Part shown: piece by piece, positions 53,671-64,000 of the stretch | How the letters are laid out: each line of letters begins with the position of its first letter | Position numbering within the stretch: the stretch's first letter is position 1 | Assembly (NCBI RefSeq): GCF_009914755.1 | Contig: NC_060935.1 | Direction: 5' to 3' (one strand) | Length of the DNA: 64,000 bases | Source of the DNA: the human T2T-CHM13v2.0 reference genome, Homo sapiens | The notes under the pieces: model-generated | The model's input: only the letters and a program-made list of their open reading frames with translations | What the model was told of the DNA's origin: nothing | Database searches by the model: none | Position numbers and translations under genes: made by a program

Positions 53671-56600
53671 TTAAAGGCAGGCAACTCTAGGGTTTCTTCC
53701 CCAGACCTCTGTACCAGAAATTGAAATAGGAAATAGAAGATATTGAGGATACTAGGTATTCTCTACCTGTGTTATTGACCAGAAGCAGCAACATATAATT
53801 TTTCTTTGCAAGGACTAAGCTAATCAATAACGAAGCAATGTCACTGAAAATCACACTCATGGAATGAATTTTAATAAAAATATATTTTTGGATGCTTTTT
53901 GTTATATTTGAGAGAATGAATTGAGAATTTTTGTTTTTTTTTAAGTCAGGTGGACTCCTAATAACTTTTAAAGGCTAAGTTAAAAAGGTCTCATTTTCTC
54001 TAAAGCATTTCTGACTTACCAGTCAGTCAGTCACTCTTTCCTCAGCACATTTTATGTGTGTCTTAACTCTAGCTCTTATCACATTATTTCATAGTTTGCT
54101 GTATTGGGTTAATTCCACAACTAGGCTTTGTGTCCCGAGGAGCTACAACTGCTTCTGTCACATAGTAGGTTCTCATAAATCTTTGTTGAATAGCTTATGT
54201 AGACTCAGATGCCACAAGATTGGCAATAATTCACTGTTATTACAAAAAGAGAATTAATATAAAACATCACCTTGTTTGTAGATATATTAAAGAAGAAGGG
54301 AACCATGAAACACAATCTTAAGGAATTACAATGTGTCCTCTAAGTTTTGGATTTAATTGTCCTACCTAAATCTTAACAAACAAAAGCACATTGATACTTT
54401 ATTTTTCTTCTTCTTATGTTTTGTATTACCCTGACTTAGTCACCAGATGTCACTATGAGACTGTTGTCCAGGTCACTCTTTCTTTAAACAAGAAGGAAAC
54501 AAAGAACTCACATGAGGCAAAACCTATGGAGCAAAAACACATGGAGCAAAACCTATGTCCTTGCGGAAACACCTTATAAATGTTAAGGCTAGTAGCTTTA
54601 GGGTTTTATTTTAGAGTGGATTTTGGCATGGCTTAGTGTGTAAGAAAGAGCGCTGGACTGGGAATTGAGACTCCTGTATTTTAGCCCCAATTCTGTCATT
54701 TTAAAATATTTGACCACCTGGTAGATTTCTTTACCTTTCTGGGCTGTGAAAGATATCCTCATCTGAAAATAAGGGTGGCCAAAGAACCTCACAATCTTCA
54801 AGCTCTAACATCCAGTGATTCTATTCCCTTCTTTTGCTAATTTCTTGGAAAGTAGCCAGAAGACTTTACTACCAGGGATGATTTGGAAAGTCAGCATAAG
54901 TGAGAATAATGAATACCTATTGCATACTCTATTTTATTCTAAACACAGTCTCTGCTAGGCTTTGACCTACCATGAAGTGGGGAAACCTTTATGGTCACTC
55001 TCACTTCTACACAGTCTCTGTATATTGGTGGTACACATTGTGTGAAATACCTTCTCCATCTAGAGATTGCTTCATTTTTTTATTATAAAAACATTACACA
55101 ACATTTGTTTAAGGTGTCATGTAAATATACTTTTAGTGACTGTCATTTTTGGGGTTTCACTCTCAGAGGAAAATGAATTATTTATATTAGGTATTTCTGA
55201 ATACCTAATCTGAATATGCTTGCTTTTTTAAAAAAACCAGTTCTCTGCAATGTTCACCCATCCACCTACCTAAAATATGCACCACTTAATCTTTTATTCA
55301 TGCTGCTCCACAGCGTGCCGTAATCATAACCCACTTGTGGTAGACTCAGACACTGTTGTTGTATGAATGCCTCATTTATCTCTTTCTGTGCATATTTATG
55401 TTTCAGTTAGCTATTTTCATTGCATGTAGTTCCTTCCATAGTGTGGGTTCTTGTATTCTCAGCCATTTTCTTTGTCATTATTTTACTCAGAGTCGAACCA
55501 CAGAGTAAATATTTTTGAGAACAGTCTGAATTATATGGAGCCTTTAACACTTAGAGGCACTATCCTAATACCCAAATTATTATATAGAACAAGTTGACAC
55601 GTGTTTTTATAGAATTATCTAATCCTGAAACATATCTTGAGTATTTACTAAATGCTCCACACTGTTGATGTTCTGGGATTGAAACAACAGATAACACAGT
55701 GTGGCACAGAGAGAGCAGGAACAAGCATTTACACAGCAAAGTGGTGACCGTTACAGTGGAGTTGTGTGCAACACACTGTGGGAGGCTAGAGGAAGGCAGC
55801 CAGGCTTCACAGAGGATGGTATAGACTTACCCTTGAGCTGACCTTCAAAAATAGTCAGGAAGGTTTGCATGGGAGGTTGGGAGTCTATTCCAGGCAGAGG
55901 GGGCAGCAGAGGCAAAGAAAAAGAGGTTTGAGACTACATATTAAACTGGAGAAGTGCATATGGTCTATACTTACTGCTTAGCAACAGAGTAGAATGATTT
56001 GCTGGGAGGTGAGACTGAATTAATATTAATCTATTGATTTCTCTTTGAAATTTACAAAATTTTCTCCTCTCCCCTTCCTTCTTTATGTATTTTGGTTCTA
56101 CTGGAGTCAGTTCAGGTGTTTCTTAGGAAATTGTTCTTTATGATCTCTGTGAGTTGACATTAAAATATACATTATGTATGTTCTGTGACACATTGTTACT
56201 CTTATATGTTAGTTGTTTAACACCTATATGGGCTCTTGCCTCAGCTAAACAGTGAGTTCTCAAAGGTCACATTCATGATTAGCAGCCACACTGAATTATT
56301 ATTACATGGAAGAATGGAAGGCAGGAATGAAGAAAGGAATGGTGGGAGGGAGGAAGAAGGTAGGAAGGAAAAAGAAACAAGGGGCGGAATAAGCGCTTGT
56401 AGTGGAAGATGGAATTAATGTTTTTCAAGAGTATCTTAGTTTCTAAGATGCTCAAATACAATGAGAAATATATTTGAGCATCCTGAATTGTGTGAAAGTT
56501 TTAAAATAATATTTGTCAATGTTCAGGAGAAAAATTCTTCTGAACATGTGAAACAAGAGGAAGACCGAAGGTAGATATGCACAGAACCCTATCCACAGTT

Positions 56601-57419
56601 ACTGAGTATGTTTAGTAGGGTAGAAATTGAGAAAAACTGCCTTATAGAGAGCTCAGCTCCAAAATGACTGGCATGAGATTTAAACTCAGCATGTATAGGT
56701 TACACAAAATAATATCACATTCCAATCATAGATATCATAGACCCTAAAAGGGCAATAGTGCAAGATCTTTCATTGCACTGTCTTGATATTTCTAAGTCAA
56801 ACTGCTTTTTGTTTCAAGGAAACAAAACCTCTTGAGGAAGAAACTTCTGAGATGGCAGCTGCCAGAGATATACAAGCTGCCCAAGTGAGGGGTTAGGAAA
56901 AGCTGAAGCCAGGCAGACATGACTGTGGGTCCAGGCTCTACCTCTTGGTAGCTATGTGACCATCAGCAAGGTGCTGTGTTTCTTCTACCCAAGCTTCAGT
57001 TTCCTTGCTTATTAAATACAATGAGTTTTTTTTTTTTCTTTCTGACAGAGGGGGCAGCAAAGACAAAAAATTGATTACAGGACAGGGAGTATCTGAAAAA
57101 CTCGGCATTGTGCCTGACACGTAAAGTGCTCGGAAAATAACAGCCATAATTATTGTTGACAAGTCTGGAGCAGGAAAACAAACAAGCATACAAAACACAA
57201 GATTAGACTGTAGGTTAAAAAATACAAGGTCTAGTTCTGGCTCTGTCATTTATTTTCTATGTAACCTCAGTCACATGTGTTTTTTTCCCTCATCTATACA
57301 ATTGGAGAATTCTACCTATTGTACCTACTTGGCAGCATCATATGAGATTATATAGATATAGATATATATAGCACTATATGGTCTAAGGGATCATTTTTAT
57401 TACAGGCTTGATTTGAAAA

Positions 57420-57845
57420 ACGCAGAGTTCCACTCCCTCAAGATGAAGCACCCGTGCCTTGTTCTGCCTGACAGCCTAGGACTGATGCTACTTGCAGAAT
57501 TTTAGTGCTCAGCCCCTTCAGAGATTGCCCCAGCTACAGAGCGGCCATAACCAACCACACACCCTCCAGAGGGTTGCCTGGATAAAATGACCACTCCATA
57601 TAGAAGGCCTGGCCAAATTGGCCCGAGTCTGGACAACAATGAAGGGCCCTGATAGCTTCAGAGCTCCCCATAGGGTTGGTGGAGGCTGCTATTGAGATTA
57701 CTTTGCCCATCAACTTCTCCCTGCTGCTTCCTGCTTCCTTCCCCTTCCTTCAACAGATGTGGACTCCATGGACACTCCTTAATAAACATCTTGCAAGCTA
57801 AACTGCTTCTCAGAATCTGCTTCCCAGAGAACTAATCCCGTATAA
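57420..57845 (+). mobile_element. ERVL LTR, LTR33-like
   Basis: agccccttcagagattgcccc, cagagctccccatagggttgg, ccttaataaacatcttgca...ctcagaatctgcttccc. Confidence 0.7.
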
Positions 57846-58293
57846 TCCCACTGATACATTTGGTTACATATGTACATATTGAATAAAGTTTATTTTACCT
57901 AGCAATTTGGGTAAAATATTAGCTCGTTACAAATTTCCAAAGTGCACAGTGCTTGCAACTTTTATCTCATATTGTATGACTTTGAAAGTTGTTGAGAGCA
58001 TATTTTATAAATAATCTCGCTTTGGGTGTTTTAGTAGTGTATGTGTAGCGCATAAATTAGGCAGCATTCTCATACAACACATATATCAGGTACTACAGGG
58101 ACAGAGGAAGATCAGCGTGTATCAACAAAAACCACACATTTTATGATTAACACAGAGGATGATATGGAAAGTTGATGTATACCCTCCCCTAATTTTTTCC
58201 CCGACTCTACAACCATGCTGTGATGTTCCTGGCTTTGTGTGAGTTAACTTACTTGGGAGTACAAGAAAAGAAAAGAGGCTTTTCAGCGTAGGA

Positions 58294-58480
58294 TTATTTG
58301 TTTATTTGTTTGTTTGTTTGTTTAAGAGATAAGATCTCACTCTGTTGCCCGGGCTTAAGTGCAGTGACGCAATCATAGTTCACTGCAGCCTTGAACTCCT
58401 GGGCACAAGCAATCCAATTCTCCCATCTTGGCCTCCTGAGTAGCTGGAACTAAAGGCATGTGCCACCATGCCCATCATGT
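58294..58480 (-). mobile_element. AluJ right monomer / FRAM with (GTTT)n tail
   Basis: gcaatcatagttcactgcagccttgaactcctggg. Confidence 0.8.
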
Positions 58481-60161
58481 TGTTTTTCCTTGTTAAAACC
58501 ACTGAAGCCATCTTCCTGGTACCCATGATGAGATCGCTTCTCTACTTGTCTTCTTGTTGCTTATTCTATCATCTCTGCACCTCCTGCTTTCCAAGAATTC
58601 ACTGGCTACTAGATAGCCTTCTGCTATTTTCTAGTATCCTTATGTGCTCTCAAAATATGTGATACATAAGCAAAACACTGTTAACCATCACGAAAGTTTA
58701 GATTAACAGCTTCTTTCTTTTTTGTAGTTGCAATCTTTCCTCTCTCCTTCTACCATTTTTTATTTGTTTTAATGAAAAGAGGCTTCTAAGCACTGATTTT
58801 CACTACCTCTTCAAGAGCCACAAAAATCAAAAGTACTAAGAGTAATATTTTTAACTTTAGGAGCCCAGGCAATCTTTCAAATAGATGACAAGCTTACGGT
58901 CAATAAAGAGGAATTTTAACCACATATCTCATGGATACAATGATGAAACTTGTCCCTTTTTACAGTCAGGAAGTAGAATCACCAGACCTCAAGTCAAAGT
59001 CCACATTTAAATCCCAAACACTCAGCTTCCTATGACGCATGCAGACATCCTTGCCCTTTGAACATACTACATCCCGTAATAGCTGTTTTGCAGTGAATGC
59101 ACATTTCCTGGAGAATCGAGGTTGCCTCCTGGCCTTCCAATGTCCTGTGCTTCACTTCTATAATAGGTACATATTCATGGGCAAAGCTGTTGCCTTTGTG
59201 TTTTCACTGTTCAAGCTCAGGCAGGAACATAAGTTATCAGGATAGCATCCTAAAAGCACTTCTATTTCTTCCTGTTGGCAGTACATGCCAGAAAACTAAA
59301 TTTTATGTTGTTTCATCTTATTTTTGGCAAGTTCATTCTGCATAAGATATATCTTAACAGTAGCCAAGCACAAGCAATCAAACTCAGACTTATTATTTTC
59401 TTAATCCCGTGTCACCCCTCGATATGGCCATTTTGGCCAGATTTACCCTGTGATTAAATGTCTACTTGTGTTCTGTTTATTGGTTATTGTCTCAGTACAT
59501 CTGCAATTTTAAGATTCATTACATTATCTTTTGCTCATCTCTCCTATTCACCTGTCCGCAGTCTGTGTTTCACCTTTGCCCTCACCTCCTGTCATCAGCC
59601 TGTCTCCCAAAAAAGGCCCCACCATTGTTCTGTTGCAAAATTCTATTTGGTCAGCTGCCTCATTACCTCTATTCAGGTCTTTTTCCTCTCCCCATATGCT
59701 CCAGTTCTCTGTTCCTGGATATGCTGGGTATAACTGGCACTCACTACTGAGTACAGGTACCCCTTATATGTGAGAGTCCTGGAGGCACCCAACCAATCTC
59801 ACTATGGTCCTCAGTCAATGACTGAAATTGAGCTGCATTTCTTCATGGAGAAGTGGGAAAAATACCTCTTTCCCAATATTAGCATGGCTGTATTCCACAC
59901 AAGCATAAGACATTTATGTTTGTGTCTCCATCATTTACAAAGTTTATAGTGAAGTAGCTCTTTTAGGTTATAACTTACACTGCTTACTTTCCCCACCACC
60001 TATTAGCAAAAGAATGAGCCCATGGGACATTTGAATAGGAGACCAATCTGAGTGAAGCTTATCTACATGCAGATAGGTAACATCCAAAATGCTTCTTGGT
60101 AAAGCCAAATGCTGATGAACAGTGGGCCAAACTCATTAGTTTAGCTCTATTCCCCGCTACC

Positions 60162-60440
60162 CAGCTTTAATGAGGTATAACTGACAAGTAAAACTTACAT
60201 ATATTTAAGATGTACAACATGATAATTTGATATATATACATGGTAAAATGGTGACCACAATCAAGTTAATTAACATATCCGTCACCTCACATAGTTACCA
60301 TTTTTTCTTTGTGGTACAAACACTTAAGATCTACTCTCTTAGCAAATATAAAGTATACAATACAGTATTAATAACTACAGTCTCTATGTTGTCCATTACA
60401 TCCCCAGAACTTATTCATCTAATAACTGAAAGTTTATACT
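60162..60440 (-). mobile_element. L1MA/MB 3' end
   Basis: cagctttaatgaggtataactgac...accacaatcaagttaattaacatatcc...cttaagatctactctcttagc. Confidence 0.8.
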
Positions 60441-62677
60441 ATATGATCTTAGCTCTTTCTTTTATGGTAAGTCTCAGACTAGCCCTACTCCTGGGGGAGA
60501 CTAGATGAAATTCCTGAGCAGAAAGTTGGAGTAGAGCAGGTAGATCTGAATAGAAATTTAGCATGAAAGAAGTCATAGGGGCCTAAGAAGAAGGAGCATT
60601 GGGGAAGGGGACATGGTATGAGGACAGAAGCAGAATTATCATCAAGAGACTGCAAAGCACATATCAATCATAACTGCCAGGAAGCCATATGGATGCCAGA
60701 ATAAGGCTCGTAGTCCTATTGTGGCTATTTACATAGGCATTTCTGCACATAACCTCTGTCAAGGGTACATGTTGGCTGTTCTCAGCACCATCGGACAGAA
60801 CAAACCATTACCACTTGCCTCTCCATGTGTGAGGACCTCCCAGCAGAAATACTGCTTACCTGTGCCATGAGATTTGTTTAGTACCCCTGTGCTGTCTGGG
60901 TACCTTCCTCTAAGCTTCCCAGGAAATTCCTAAGGTCTGGAAACACAGGATAGTGTTCTTGACCAGTAGTGGTTTCAAAGAGAATTTTCATTCCACTTCC
61001 AGCCTCTGCATTTGGGTAGAACAAGACCACAATAAAATGAATTCCATTACACAAATATTACTTACAAATTCTGATCCTTCCTGAAGTGACTTGGAATATT
61101 GTATTTCTCTTTTGATTTGGAAAGAGTTGATATTTCTTCTCACCAACCTGCACTAAGTTCTGTTTGAACTGAGAATCTTTTACATTGGCTTTCTTTTTTT
61201 TTTCCCAAAATCTGAAGTAGTGTTTCTTTTGACCTTACCGTTACTGAAAGGAGAACAATATGGCTATAAAAGTAAGTGCAGCGTCTCTAAGAAATCCAAG
61301 TGTTTAGCAAATCAAATACAACATAAGGTACATTAAGGTTTTATTAAAATCTCATTTATTGGCAAGAGTTGCTTCTTTCTGAAGAGTTCTAGTCTGCCTC
61401 TCAAGAATTAATCTGATGTTTTCCATTTGTTTTATAGTATGTTTTTTACCCTTTTCCTCACACAGGTCTCATACCTTTATGAAACTTTTCCCTTATGACT
61501 CTACTTCAGTGTCGTCTTCCCAGAGAACCCAACCAGTGACATCCTGAAAGCATATGCTGTGAGCTTTGTGAGAGCTGGGACTTAACGGCGGTTTTGTTCA
61601 GGGCTCTGTTTCCAGTGTCGTGCTCCGCAGACGACATAAAGCAGGCACTGGATAGGAATGTTGAATGTTAAATGAATGAACAGCATCCATGCTTATGGTC
61701 AACAAACCTAGTGGCCTCTGAGTGTCATGATGAAGAGCACTTGTTCTGGAATCTGACCATATGAGTTCAGGTTGGCTCAGTTGCTTCCCAGTTTGTAACA
61801 TTGGATGAGTTCATTAACTTTTCTACTCTTTTATTTTTTCATGTGTAAAATCAGAACCATAGTTGTATCCACAAGATAGTTTTTCTTAAATTTGTATTGT
61901 TTTATCTTGTTTTTGAAGATTAAGTGAATTGTGAAGCACTTAGGATAACACTGAGCAGATAGATGTTCTCAATTAAAGTCAATGATACTACACAGTATGA
62001 ATGTTTATGGTGGCAAAGTGCTCACTATCTGATTAGGTGATTCTTACTAGTTTTAGAAGTTTTCATCTCTAGAATGACTTTTCTGCCCTCTCCATCAATA
62101 TACTTTATTATAGAAGTCTGTTCATTCTCTTTAAAAAACTTAGTAGTCTCTGAAATAAACTTGCTTTACAAAATCTATACGGAGGGAAATTTTCCATCTT
62201 GTTTAGTGTTATATCCCCACTTCAAGAAGAATAATTAACATGTAATAGTTGTTTAATACATATTTATTTAAAGAATGCATTGAGTAAATTGTTTAAGTTT
62301 TATTTTTATGTTATGGCAAATTTGACCTCATAATTGTATCTATCAGTTCTATCTCAGCTCCGTGGAGCAAAAGATAATGGCTTTAATGCCTTTTATTTTC
62401 TTTTTAGCTATTCACATTTTTATTTGTTATTTTTAAAAATTATTCTTAATTTTTTGGTGTACATAGTAGATGTATATATCCTTATGGGGTACATGTGATA
62501 TTTTGATACTGGCTTTAATGCCTTTTCTATATGACAATTTATTGGACATTTGAAGAAACGATCTTTCCTTTATTTCTCTATTCTTTACGTTTTCCTTATG
62601 ATTGTGTGTGTGGTGGGTGGGGGTAGGTAATGGAAGATAATATGAATATAGAAGAAGACATAGAGAATTCCTAAGAT

Positions 62678-62955
62678 GGGGCGGGCGTGGTGGCCCACGC
62701 CTGTAATCCCAGCAATTTGGGAGGCTGAGGCAGGCAGATCACATGAGGCTAGGAATTCAAGACTAGCCTGGCCAACATGGCGGAAACCTGTCTTGACTAA
62801 AAATACAAAAATTAGCTGGGCATGGTGGCACACACCTGTAATCCCAGTTACCTGGGAGGCTGAGGCACAAGGATCACCTGAGCTGGGGAAGCAGAAGTTG
62901 CAGTGAGCTGAGACCACACCACTGCACTCCAGCCTGGGTGACAGAGTGAGACTCT

Positions 62956-62992
<37 letters not shown>
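62678..62992 (+). mobile_element. AluS with (GA)n tail
   Basis: Alu consensus; TSD agagaattcc(t/c)aaga. Confidence 0.9.
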
Positions 62993-62997
<5 letters not shown>

Positions 62998-63584
62998 CCA
63001 AGAGTGAATTTCCAGCTCCAAGAGCTTTAAAGTGTCATGTGAAGTCACTGAAGGAAGAAGACTTTGGAGAGTGGTGTTCCAGTAATAATATCCGGCCGTT
63101 AGAATAGTCTCCTAAACCACAGAAAAATATATACCAGAAGAGTATCTAATTCAAGAAAGAGGAAGATATGTAACCCAGAAAATGCAATCAGGTCTGCCAT
63201 ACGGAAGCAAATAGATGGCATCTGTATGGCAGACCTGGAGAGGACAGAGGGGCTCAGGGGGGAAGATGTACTAGTCATTTACCTATGGGTCCTTGGCTCC
63301 AGATCCATATTCCTGTACTCAACTTTGTGATGCTTAGGTTAGGACTGTACAAATTGTATTTCAGAGACCTATTTTTCAGCACTAGAGAAATATTAGGAGG
63401 TAAAAGAAGAGGAGCTGGGTCTTCCTATTTATTGCTATTTCTGTCAATATCAATCTACAGTGGTAATTCATTTCCACATTTGGCAGCTGAATAAACACTA
63501 TTGGGAAAAAATATACACCTGCTTTTTAAAAGTCATTATTATTTAAGTTCTCCCTATCCACCTGAATAGCACACTGTTCAAAGC

Positions 63585-64000
63585 TCATATGCCATTGCAA
63601 AAATAATTCTAAAATTTGTTTGGAACCACAAAAGCACCTGAATAGCCAAAGCAATTTTGAGGAAGAAGAAAAAACATGAAATCACACTTCTTGATTTAGA
63701 ATTATACTACAAAGCTATAGTGATCAAAACAGTATGGTATGGGCATAAAAACAGACACATAGACCAATGAAACATACTAGAAAGCCTGAATATAAACCCA
63801 AGCACAAACAGTTAACTAATTTTTCCCAAAGTCACAAGAAAAACAAAATGAGACAAGGATAGTCACTTCAATAAATGGTGTTAGGAAAATTAGATATCCA
63901 CTCGTAAAAGGATAAAATTGAATCCTTATCTAACACTAAACATAAAAGCTACTCAAAGTTGATTAAAGGCTTAAACATAAGACCTGAAACTATAAAATTC
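63585..64000 (+). mobile_element. L1 (L1M) ORF2 3' fragment, runs off the right edge
   Basis: attatactacaaagctatagtgatcaaaacagtatggtat..gcataaaaacagacacatagaccaatg (LYYKA.V.KT.WY..K.R..DQ). Confidence 0.85.

Noticed and set aside
61585-61640. Small CpG cluster in an L2 3' end
   Set aside because: About five CpGs in 50 bp with no other support; too little to call a regulatory element.

Overview
Human genomic DNA: AT-rich and dense in Alu, L1, L2, MIR and LTR repeats. It carries the 5' half of FOLH1 (PSMA / glutamate carboxypeptidase II) on the minus strand. Coding exons 1-8 (33547 down to 978, residues 1 to ~340) were mapped by hand. All have GT-AG boundaries and a continuous reading frame; the gene continues beyond the left edge. 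An intact exon 1 and CpG promoter identify it as FOLH1 rather than the paralog FOLH1B. Right of ~33.8 kb lie ~30 kb of repeat-rich upstream DNA with no supportable protein-coding gene. I see no wholly new biological system. Best second-look items: (1) a ~194-bp inverted templated copy of nearby intron-4 DNA inserted into an AluY, beside an apparently gene-converted Alu; (2) the intron-3 enhancer region resolving into a ~21-bp-phased CAATAAA array amplified from an L1 fossil; (3) a 5' translational architecture with a uORF, a UAAUG stop-start overlap, a predicted 40-aa transmembrane micropeptide and an in-frame GUG; (4) a His75 haplotype; (5) a tailless U2 snRNA retrocopy inside MER2. Repeat subfamily names, isoform names and rs numbers are recalled from memory and need database confirmation.
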